Origin: Candidatus Poseidoniaceae archaeon
GTDB lineage: Archaea; Thermoplasmatota; Poseidoniia; Poseidoniales; Poseidoniaceae
Assembly: GCA_943789275.1 (NCBI GenBank)
Contig: CALSTM010000002.1
Location: 540,001-572,000, forward strand
Direction of reading: 5' to 3'
DNA length: 32,000 nucleotides
The notes beneath the pieces were generated by a model that was not told the DNA's origin, did no database searches, and worked only from the letters and a program-made list of their open reading frames with translations. Both the position numbers and the translations under genes were made by a program. Position 1 is the stretch's first letter. Each line of letters starts with the position of its first letter. Of the stretch, positions 17,368-25,151 are shown piece after piece.

Positions 17368-19173
17368 ATGGGAAGGAGTTGGCCGAGTGTTATCCTCGTC
17401 GTGGTCCTTCTGTTCTTGAGCACAACGCCGGCTGTGAATCTCGAACTTGAAGATTCAAAATCCAGCTTCTTCACCACTTCTGACCTCTCGCTCAGTTTTT
17501 CAAACGGTCCGACGCAAAACCAAGACGTCACCGGACTGCTCAGCCTTTCGTTCTCTATGAGCGGTGAGGCGAACGTATCATCACTCCTCATCGAGTTGTC
17601 CAGTGATGGCAATACGTGGACAACGGTAACCAACCTCACATCGACGCCGTGGCTAACATACTTTGATTCAACAAGTTACACCAATGGCTCCTACACGCTG
17701 CGAGCAACGGCATGGGATGATGATGTCAACGAATCCGTCGTTGCCACATCAGGCACCTTCAACATCGTTAACCAAGTTCCAGTTATTACCATTTTTACCG
17801 CACTTAATGCCGCAGCAGGTTCAGGCACTTCGGCATCTGACCGAGCGTGGTTTGGCATTGCAAGTGACGGAACGATTGCTTACCGTTGGGGTGCAAGCGA
17901 TGATGACCTCAGTTACGCTACAATCACCAATGTGCCAGGGCCTGGAGCGCCATCCAACGATGGCCCTGCAAGCCTTGCTTACGGATGGGACTGGAGCAGC
18001 GGTGCCATGGCAGAAGGAACTTGGAACTCTCGACTCACAGTGTACGACGGTTCGAGTCTATCGGCGACTGAAACGCTGTTTGTTGGCATTGACAGAACCG
18101 GCCCAACGCTTTCTTCGGTAACGGTTGGTGACGGTTCGGATTGGCAGAAAACAACGGAGGTCACCTTGAGTGGATTGATCAACAACGCAGATGATGGACA
18201 AGGAAGCGGCGTTGCTTCCGCAGAGTATTCTGTTGACGGCCTACTGTGGAACAGCACAACTTCGGATTCCATCCAATTAAGCCTCAGTGAAGGCATGCAC
18301 ACCATTTCAGTACGTTCAATCGACCGTGTAGGAAACACCGGTGCAACAACCCAAGTCGTTGTTCGTATTGACGATACACGACCAGAATCAATTGGATGGA
18401 CGGTTGATGAATTAACAACCAGTCGCATCGGGCCAGCCAGTGTACAATTCAATGCTGTTGACGACGGCTCGGGTATTGATTCATCCAACTCATACATTCA
18501 ATTCGGTTTCGATTCAAACGGTGTCGGGCAAACACCCGATCTCTCTGGCAGCTGGTTGCAAATGAGTTCGCCGGGGCTAACCGGATCGATAGGGTTGGCA
18601 AGCTGGGCTACAAAATCACGCCAATATTTGATGTTCCGAGCCGTTGTTGTTGACAACGCTGGAAATGAGTACACATCAAATCCAAGTTCCTACCAAATTC
18701 TTCCGGGTCTTGACCTGTACTGGAACGCTACCGAAACCAACCTTGACCGCCTCATTGTCCGACCTGGAGAAGCCGATGGTAACGTCACCATTACGAGTCT
18801 TCTGGAAAGCAACCAAGATTACGGTGGAAGCGTCGTTGTTCGGCTTGAATCGGCACCTGCTGATCGCACCTCGTCCGTGACATGGACGGTAATGGAATCG
18901 CGAACTTTAGAAATGAATTCTCTTGAAGACCGTGAAGAATTATTGATTTGGAATTATACGGTACCGAAAACCGGTCAGTTTGACTTACGCTTGGTCATCG
19001 ACTACGTGAACGTCATCGACGAATACGATGAAGGCAACAACTACAACCACATGGTTGTAACCGGAGCTTCAATTGGTTCTCCGGGCTTAGTGCCTTCTTT
19101 TGCCCCTTCAGTTTTGCTGCTTCTCTTCGCCGGATTGGCCATAACTCTAATCCAGCGCCGAACAAGAGTTTGA
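17368..19173 (+). CDS. cell-surface protein with Ig-like/CARDB domains and a C-terminal hydrophobic anchor
   Basis: I prefer ATG at 17368 (MGRSWPSVILVVVLLFLSTTPAV signal/anchor); the track start is TTG at 17305. Repeated Ig-like modules with D.TGP...G.H...S.DRVGN...V.IDDT.P. A CARDB-like DEYDEGNNY lies near the C-terminus. Terminal SPGLVPSFAPSVLLLLFAGLAITLIQRRTRV. Confidence 0.75.
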   Translation: MGRSWPSVILVVVLLFLSTTPAVNLELEDSKSSFFTTSDLSLSFSNGPTQNQDVTGLLSLSFSMSGEANVSSLLIELSSDGNTWTTVTNLTSTPWLTYFDSTSYTNGSYTLRATAWDDDVNESVVATSGTFNIVNQVPVITIFTALNAAAGSGTSASDRAWFGIASDGTIAYRWGASDDDLSYATITNVPGPGAPSNDGPASLAYGWDWSSGAMAEGTWNSRLTVYDGSSLSATETLFVGIDRTGPTLSSVTVGDGSDWQKTTEVTLSGLINNADDGQGSGVASAEYSVDGLLWNSTTSDSIQLSLSEGMHTISVRSIDRVGNTGATTQVVVRIDDTRPESIGWTVDELTTSRIGPASVQFNAVDDGSGIDSSNSYIQFGFDSNGVGQTPDLSGSWLQMSSPGLTGSIGLASWATKSRQYLMFRAVVVDNAGNEYTSNPSSYQILPGLDLYWNATETNLDRLIVRPGEADGNVTITSLLESNQDYGGSVVVRLESAPADRTSSVTWTVMESRTLEMNSLEDREELLIWNYTVPKTGQFDLRLVIDYVNVIDEYDEGNNYNHMVVTGASIGSPGLVPSFAPSVLLLLFAGLAITLIQRRTRV

Positions 19174-19198
19174 AAAGAGGTTGGCGGTAGGATTGGCC

Positions 19199-19945
19199 AT
19201 GCGCCAGCCTCTGCCTCGTGTACCGATGAACCGAATAGCGGTTCTTATTGGCTCAAAAGGGGTGACTGCGAAGTCTCTTCGCAATGCGTCCGGTTGTAAA
19301 GAGTTCAACATCGATTCTGAAACCGGTGATGTCGAAGTTGTTTGGGGCGAACCAGGAACTTACGACCCGGTCAAGGCAATGAAGTTTCCAAACGTCATCA
19401 AGGCGATCGGAAGAGGAATGGCTCCAAAGGCTGCTATCCAATTGCTTGATGACAACCATTTCTTCGAACTGGTTGACATCCGAAAATTCGTCGGCAAGAG
19501 GTCAAATCAACAGCGAAGAATCCGTGGCCGAATCATTGGAAGCCAAGGTAAAATTCGTAAACTCATTGAGGGATTAACCGATACGCAAATCACCATTTAC
19601 AATTCAACGGTCGTTTTGGTTGGCGAAGAAGAAGGCCTCTCCGCTGCTCGCCAAGCAATAGAAATGCTTGCTGGTGGTGCTGAACACGGCACCGTTCTTA
19701 ACTTCCTTGAACGAGACCGAAGACGTTCGCGAATCGTGAACCGCCAACTCGACAGTATCGAAATCCGTGAAGACATCGCTGTACCATCAACTGGGTTTGA
19801 GGGACTGGTTCCTGGCCTGTCGGACTTGTCCCAGCGTCGTAGTCGACGCATGCGTGCATCGCAAGTCGATCCTGAAGATGCAGATGCAGTTACCGAAATG
19901 ATGGAACTCGCTGAAGATGAAGAAGTCAGTTGGGGAGAAGAGTGA
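19199..19945 (+). CDS. KH-domain RNA-binding protein, archaeal Dim2/Pno1-like
   Basis: Two KH GxxG motifs (RIAVLIGSKGVTAK; RIRGRIIGSQGKIRKLIE) and an acidic C-terminal tail. I prefer ATG at 19199; the track has TTG at 19181, and ATG at 19226 is also possible. Confidence 0.8.
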   Translation: MRQPLPRVPMNRIAVLIGSKGVTAKSLRNASGCKEFNIDSETGDVEVVWGEPGTYDPVKAMKFPNVIKAIGRGMAPKAAIQLLDDNHFFELVDIRKFVGKRSNQQRRIRGRIIGSQGKIRKLIEGLTDTQITIYNSTVVLVGEEEGLSAARQAIEMLAGGAEHGTVLNFLERDRRRSRIVNRQLDSIEIREDIAVPSTGFEGLVPGLSDLSQRRSRRMRASQVDPEDADAVTEMMELAEDEEVSWGEE

Positions 19946-20953
19946 TTATTCCTCTTCGGAAAACGTCTGCTGATGAATGTGGTCGAGATTCATATTGAGG
20001 ACCTCAAACATGGCTTCAGCAAGTTCGACCTTAATGCCGTTCTTTTTCCCCCATTCTACCAATCGAGTAACGTCTCGAACGAGGAACTCCTGTGCCTTCG
20101 GATGGGTTTGGATTACAGCTTGTCCGACATCGATGACCATCGCTCTCCCATCATGCCAGAGAATGTTATACGGCGAAAAGTCACCATGAACGAGATTCGC
20201 TTTTTGCCAGCAAATAGCCAAAAACTCCAGTAAATCTTCGAATACGCTTTCAGGGTCATCCACTTTAACTTCACGAAGTTTAGGTGAAGCGGATACTTCT
20301 GTCCCAACGTACTCCATCACGAGCACGTTCTTGTGGATTCCAAGCGGTCGAGGAACATTCAACCCCCAGCGTGACAAACGCGAGAGATTGCGATGCTCCT
20401 TTCGAACCCAGATATCAACGAGATCTCGGTGTCGGCGTCGCAAGCCACCGAATCGACGGTCACCTTCGATGTATTGGATGAGGTTCTTGAATACTGCATT
20501 TGAGGTATGAAAGATTTTCACTGCAACAACTTTTCCATCAATGTCGGTAGCGTGAAAAACGTGCGCTTCCTTGCCCCGAGCAATAGGGAAATCGAGCGTA
20601 TCGAGGGTTCCTGCTTTCATCAGTTTGTACAGCGACATCAGAGTCATTCGGTCAAAGACTTGGTCGAATACTCGACGGTCAACCCAATCGTATGTCCCTG
20701 TCCCTAACGCACCTTGTATGTTGGATTCAATATCTCTGAACATGCGTTTGTAGCGATCTTCCTTCATCCACTTGAAAGCACCGGATTTCGCCTCGAGATT
20801 ACTGAGAAAATGGTCTTGTTCGCTTTTAGCAAAATCTTCATCCATGCCCTGTTCAGTCGAAGACTTCTTTCGAGGCTGTTTGTGCTGACGGCGGCGTTTA
20901 CGCTGACGTTTGTTGGAACCCAGCTCGTCGTCCCAGTCGTTTCCTTTCGCCAT
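19946..20953 (-). CDS. rio1: RIO-type serine protein kinase (Rio1-like)
   Basis: ATG at 20953. ARGKEAHVFHATDIDGKVVAVKIF (P-loop-like STGKEA plus Lys), LVHGDFSPYNILW (catalytic loop), VIDVGQAV (metal-binding loop). Lies 26 nt downstream of aIF1A with a GGTGG Shine-Dalgarno-like element. Confidence 0.9.
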   Translation of the reverse strand: MAKGNDWDDELGSNKRQRKRRRQHKQPRKKSSTEQGMDEDFAKSEQDHFLSNLEAKSGAFKWMKEDRYKRMFRDIESNIQGALGTGTYDWVDRRVFDQVFDRMTLMSLYKLMKAGTLDTLDFPIARGKEAHVFHATDIDGKVVAVKIFHTSNAVFKNLIQYIEGDRRFGGLRRRHRDLVDIWVRKEHRNLSRLSRWGLNVPRPLGIHKNVLVMEYVGTEVSASPKLREVKVDDPESVFEDLLEFLAICWQKANLVHGDFSPYNILWHDGRAMVIDVGQAVIQTHPKAQEFLVRDVTRLVEWGKKNGIKVELAEAMFEVLNMNLDHIHQQTFSEEE

Positions 20954-20979
20954 TTGCCCACCCAGGGTCTTGATTCACT

Positions 20980-21675
20980 TCAACCAAACAAGGCTTCGAG
21001 GTCCTCGTCATCGTCATCGTCGTCGTCAGTATCGTCTTCCGCTGGATATTCTTCAACAGGGACATGTGGAACCTCTTCGGCGCTAACTGTTTCTTTAGCA
21101 TCGTCATCTGAACCGAACATGTCGTCGTCGTCGTCATCGTCAGAACCAAACAAATCGTCATCGTCGTCATCGTCAGAACCAAACAAATCGTCACCATCGT
21201 CGTCTCCGTCATCACCAAACAAATCGTCTGTCTCTTCTTCAGGTTCATCCATTGTACCGAAGGTGTCCGAGAATTCATCGTCATCATCATCGTTTGAAGT
21301 GTTCATACCAAAGAAGTCCAACTCCTTCGGAAGAACGCCTTTACGTGAGAGGTACATTGCTTGTGTCTTTGTGTAACGGTGCTTCACATCCGCTTTGGAA
21401 TCTTGGAAATCCCATGGCCAGACAATAATCAAATCGCCATCGCGGACCCATTGTCGGCGACGCATCTTACCCGGAATACGAGCCATGCGAGTTTCCCCGT
21501 CTTCACAAAGAACGGTCACCCGTCGGCCGCCGAGGATTTGTTCGGCAAAAGCGAACATCTCGTTGATTTTACGGTTCGGCATCTTGACACGGATTTTACC
21601 GCCCGACGCATCTTCTGGATTTTCAAGACGAGCAAGCTCCTCTACATCCACTTTTTCTTCATAACGTCGACCCAA
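20980..21675 (-). CDS. translation initiation factor aIF1A with a long acidic C-terminal extension
   Basis: OB-fold core: IRVKMPNRKINEMFAFAEQILGGRRVTVLCEDGETRMARIPGKMRRRQWVRDGDLIIVWPWDFQDSKADVKHRYTKTQAMYLSRKG. TTG start at 21675 with AGGTGA 6 nt upstream and an in-frame TGA two codons further upstream. The first ATG falls inside the conserved IRVKMP segment. Confidence 0.9.
   Translation of the reverse strand: MGRRYEEKVDVEELARLENPEDASGGKIRVKMPNRKINEMFAFAEQILGGRRVTVLCEDGETRMARIPGKMRRRQWVRDGDLIIVWPWDFQDSKADVKHRYTKTQAMYLSRKGVLPKELDFFGMNTSNDDDDDEFSDTFGTMDEPEEETDDLFGDDGDDDGDDLFGSDDDDDDDLFGSDDDDDDDMFGSDDDAKETVSAEEVPHVPVEEYPAEDDTDDDDDDDEDLEALFG
21110..21234 (-). repeat. tandem 33-bp coding repeats (GAY-rich) inside the aIF1A tail
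   Basis: Units start at 21110, 21143 and 21176 (gaacc[g/a]aaca[t/a][g/a]tcgtc...catcgtca). Each encodes about D7-[L/M]FGS. The third unit is degenerate. Confidence 0.7.
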
Positions 21676-21681
21676 GTAGTC

Positions 21682-21687
21682 TCACCT
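21682..21687 (-). promoter_or_regulatory. Shine-Dalgarno-like AGGTGA serving the TTG start of aIF1A
   Basis: Plus-strand tcacct at 21682-21687, 6 nt from the TTG. The same GGAGGTGA-type element precedes nuoH, nuoI, nuoK, nuoL, nuoJ2, nuoN, nuoD and dus in this window. Confidence 0.5.
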
Positions 21688-21737
21688 GTTTATCCCAACA
21701 GCCGACCCTTCTTGAATACAGCACCCAAGGCGAAGTC

Positions 21738-21757
21738 GTAAAAGTCCCGCACTCGGG
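21738..21757 (-). terminator. weak hairpin plus T-run after nuoN
   Basis: Minus-strand CCCG-AGTG-CGGG (plus 21746-21757) followed by ACUUUUAC (plus aaaa at 21740-21743), about 22 nt after the nuoN stop. The stem is only 4 bp. Confidence 0.25.
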
Positions 21758-21778
21758 CGTTTAAGCAGATGAACCGCT

Positions 21779-23509
21779 TCACCAATTGTAATTGAGGCTT
21801 TGCGCAGCCATTTCACAGAGGCGAAGCACAGCATCTCCAGCAACACCGATGATGAGTGTTGTAAGGACACAAGCAAAGATGGCTGCACGAACTTGCCAGC
21901 CGGATGGAAGTGGACCTTCACGGCCTTCTTCAGGCTCATCGAAGAACATGACAACACCAACACGCAGGTAGTAGAACATGGAAATGGCTGAGTTGAGGAC
22001 CATCAGCAATGCCAGCCACCAAACCCAGTGCATGTCACCAAGTGCATAGATACCACCATCAGCGAGCTCCGCACCCATGTCGCCAACAGCGACGCGCACG
22101 ATTCCCATGATGACGAGTAACTTCGAAAGGAAACCTGCCATTGGTGGGACACCTGCGAGTGAGATCATGAAGATAAACATCGAAACGGCAAGCAGTGGTT
22201 CTCGCTTTGCAAGGCCACCGAGGGAAGACAAGCGAGAGGCGTCGCCTTCGGATTCAAGGATAGACAACACGAGGAAAGCCCCGAGTTTGAAAGCAACCAA
22301 AACAAGCAGGTGGAAGATGACCGCGGTCATGACTGCAACTGCTGCTGCACCTGCATCGCCCGATACGGCTGCATCCCAATTCCAAGCACCGACTGCAGTC
22401 AGCGCAGCAAGCATGTAACCTGCATGGGCGACTGAAGAATACGCAAGCATACGCTTGGGGTTATCGCTGCCGAGGGCAGCAAGGTTGCCCCATGTCATGG
22501 TAACCGCTGCAAGAACTCCGAGACAGACAAGCCAAATCGCACTGCCATCTCCAGTTTCAGGCGCTGCTACAATCAACAACATGCGAACCAGTCCAATCAT
22601 ACCCATTGCCTTACTTGCCGTGGCAAGAACACCAGCAACTGGGCTTGTTGCTCCAGCGTAAGCGTCAGGAGCTGCAAAGTGGAACGGTGCTGCACTGACC
22701 TTGAAACCAAATCCAACCAGTACAAAGCCGATTCCAATCAAAGGTAGAGCCATGTCTGTTGAACTGGTCGTAGCGAAAGCGGTAGCAAGTACATCGAATT
22801 GCAGTGAACCTGCCCAGAGATAAAGCATCGAAAGACCGTAGAGTCCGACACCTGAAGCCACTGAACCGACGATGAAGTACTTCATACCGGATTCAACACC
22901 AACCTTGGATTCCTTGAGGAAAGCGACCAAGACATAGGTAGAGAACGATGCTAATTCAAGTCCAATGAACAAAACAAACAGGTCTTGAGCCAATGCCACA
23001 ACGGACATTCCCAGTGCACACGTCACCATGAGAATGTAAAAGTCAGCCTGCCGCCGGTTGTTGAACAATTCAGTTTCTGAAACCTTCGAACCAACACCAT
23101 TCACGCGCAGACGGTTCATACTCGAGAAAGCCGCAAGTGCAAGAGCACCGAAGAAAATCAGTTCGAAAATTCGGCTAAAGCCGTTGATGAGAAGCAACTC
23201 CTTTCCAGATTCACTTACGATAGCAACCCTGTCAAGGCCTTGACTGAACACGTAGAGAACGTTGAGGAATGCTCCACCAAGAGTGAAGGTTGCAAGCCAT
23301 GCTGGTAGGCGAGGGTCACTGGTGAATTCAAACCGTTCACCGCCAAGAAGCCAAGGTAGTCTGATTTGAGTCCCTGGAATACGGAAGGTACCCTTACCAA
23401 GGTTTGGAACAATGATGAGAAGAAGCATACCTGCAAACAGAATCAATTCAGGCCCCATAGCTTCGATGAATCCTTCGCCGAACGGTTCGATTTCAGTTAG
23501 GTTCGACAT
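21779..23509 (-). CDS. nuoN: NADH-quinone oxidoreductase subunit N
   Basis: Many TM helices; MLAYSSVAHAGYMLAAL motif. I prefer ATG at 23509 (GGAGGT 7 nt upstream, directly after the nuoM stop) to the track's TTG at 23536. Confidence 0.9.
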   Translation of the reverse strand: MSNLTEIEPFGEGFIEAMGPELILFAGMLLLIIVPNLGKGTFRIPGTQIRLPWLLGGERFEFTSDPRLPAWLATFTLGGAFLNVLYVFSQGLDRVAIVSESGKELLLINGFSRIFELIFFGALALAAFSSMNRLRVNGVGSKVSETELFNNRRQADFYILMVTCALGMSVVALAQDLFVLFIGLELASFSTYVLVAFLKESKVGVESGMKYFIVGSVASGVGLYGLSMLYLWAGSLQFDVLATAFATTSSTDMALPLIGIGFVLVGFGFKVSAAPFHFAAPDAYAGATSPVAGVLATASKAMGMIGLVRMLLIVAAPETGDGSAIWLVCLGVLAAVTMTWGNLAALGSDNPKRMLAYSSVAHAGYMLAALTAVGAWNWDAAVSGDAGAAAVAVMTAVIFHLLVLVAFKLGAFLVLSILESEGDASRLSSLGGLAKREPLLAVSMFIFMISLAGVPPMAGFLSKLLVIMGIVRVAVGDMGAELADGGIYALGDMHWVWWLALLMVLNSAISMFYYLRVGVVMFFDEPEEGREGPLPSGWQVRAAIFACVLTTLIIGVAGDAVLRLCEMAAQSLNYNW

Positions 23510-23510
23510 T

Positions 23511-25151
23511 TCAGATACCTCCGTTAAAATCGCCAAGAATTGGTAAAATCAATCCCTCGAAGATTTGCTTTGTCCAATCGTGCATCATGTCCAGACCAAT
23601 CCACGGCATGACGCCGAACAGAATTGTGAAGGCTGCCAAAATAAGCATGGCCAACTTTTCAGGCGATGCAAGGTCAGGTACGGGCTCTCCGTGCAGCGAT
23701 GCAGGAGGTTGAGTCTCGTCCCCACCCTCAAAGATTGTTCGTTGCATCGACCACAGGTAGTAAGCAGCAGTTACAGCAAGTACGATCGCCGGCCCGACCA
23801 TCCAAAAGACGCTCCAGCCGTTGGCTTCGATGAAGTACCACAAAGCGATGAGCATCATGACTTCAGCGACGAAACCAGCGAGAAGTGGCAGTCCAAGTGA
23901 AGCCATCCAAGCGAACATCATCGAGGTAGCAATCCAAGGGGAATGCTTTGCCATGCCACGCATGGCACCAATTTCCATGCTGTGGTAATGGTGCTTGAAC
24001 GCGCCACACACTGCGAACAGCATTGGACTGATGATTCCGTGAGCGAACATCATGAAGAGTGCTGCTGCCCAACCCATTGGCTGCATTGTAGCGATACCGA
24101 TGAGAATAACACCCATGTGAGACACGGAAGAGTAGGCAACCATCTTCTTCAGGTTGGTTTGACCTAAACATACGATGGCGCCCCAAACAAGCGAGACCAT
24201 TCCAATAATCATCAAGGCGAGTTGGAAGTACTCCAGAGCATGTGGGAACAGACTGATTGGTAGTCTGAACATACCGTAAGCACCCATTTTGAGCATCACA
24301 CCTGCAAGCAGCATAGAGCCGCCTGTTGGTGCTTGAACGTGAGCATCAGGCAGCCAAGTATGGAAAGGAACTGCTGGAAGTTTCACCAAGAAACCAAGCA
24401 TGAGCATAGCAAACAAAACCTTCTGGATGTTTGCTCCAAGGTACCAGTTACCGTTGCTGTTCTCTGCGAGGGCGTGTTGAGTGATGGTCGGAATGTGGAA
24501 ACTTCGACCGGTCATGCTTCCTGCGTAATCCAGTGGATTTCCAGGGTCTTGGAAGAAGTAGAGCGTGATGAGGCCAAGCAACATCACAACTGAAGCAGTG
24601 AAGGTGTAGATGAAGAACTTCTGGGAAGCATACTTTCTGTCTGCGCCGCCCCACATGAGAATAAGGAAGAACATTGGAATAAGTGTCAATTCCCAGAACA
24701 CGTAGAACATAAACAAGTCAAGAGCCACGAATACACCGATTAAAGCACCGCCCATTGCCAAAACAATTGGGAAGTACGTTGCACCGTTCTTCTCATTCCA
24801 TGTCGCAACAATTGTTACAGGAAGAAGGAACGTAGTCAGCCATACCATAGGGAAAGAGAGAGCGTCTAAACCGACGGTCCAATGAATACCAAGTGATTCA
24901 ATCCAAGTGTAGCGGTGCTCGTACTCGTACTGATTGAAACCGATACCTTCCCAACTGATGTCTCCGAAGTATTGGAAGAACATACCCGTCGTGATGCCAA
25001 GCAAAACCAAGGAGAAGACCAAACATGCCATTCGAATAGGGTCAGAAAGCTTGTTTCGCATCGATTCGCTGGCTCTCGAAACGAAAACCAACAAAAGAAG
25101 ACTCGAAATCAGGGGGAAACCAACCAGCGGCAATGAAATCCAATCTTGCAT
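23511..25151 (-). CDS. nuoM: NADH-quinone oxidoreductase subunit M
   Basis: ATG at 25151. KKMVAYSSVSHMGVILIGIA and PFHTWLPDAHVQAPTGGSMLLAGVMLKMG are typical of NuoM/ND4. Confidence 0.9.
   Translation of the reverse strand: MQDWISLPLVGFPLISSLLLLVFVSRASESMRNKLSDPIRMACLVFSLVLLGITTGMFFQYFGDISWEGIGFNQYEYEHRYTWIESLGIHWTVGLDALSFPMVWLTTFLLPVTIVATWNEKNGATYFPIVLAMGGALIGVFVALDLFMFYVFWELTLIPMFFLILMWGGADRKYASQKFFIYTFTASVVMLLGLITLYFFQDPGNPLDYAGSMTGRSFHIPTITQHALAENSNGNWYLGANIQKVLFAMLMLGFLVKLPAVPFHTWLPDAHVQAPTGGSMLLAGVMLKMGAYGMFRLPISLFPHALEYFQLALMIIGMVSLVWGAIVCLGQTNLKKMVAYSSVSHMGVILIGIATMQPMGWAAALFMMFAHGIISPMLFAVCGAFKHHYHSMEIGAMRGMAKHSPWIATSMMFAWMASLGLPLLAGFVAEVMMLIALWYFIEANGWSVFWMVGPAIVLAVTAAYYLWSMQRTIFEGGDETQPPASLHGEPVPDLASPEKLAMLILAAFTILFGVMPWIGLDMMHDWTKQIFEGLILPILGDFNGGI

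Noticed and set aside
18046-18062. GGTTCGAGTC, a tRNA T-arm-like string
   Set aside because: It lies inside the well-supported surface-protein CDS, and no acceptor or anticodon stems can be built around it. No tRNA-like structure was seen in any intergenic region.
20714-21376. 220-aa Ser-rich ORF on the plus strand
   Set aside because: It is the antisense shadow of the GAY-rich acidic tail of aIF1A. Its low-complexity poly-Ser arises automatically from poly-Asp codons, and there is no start context.
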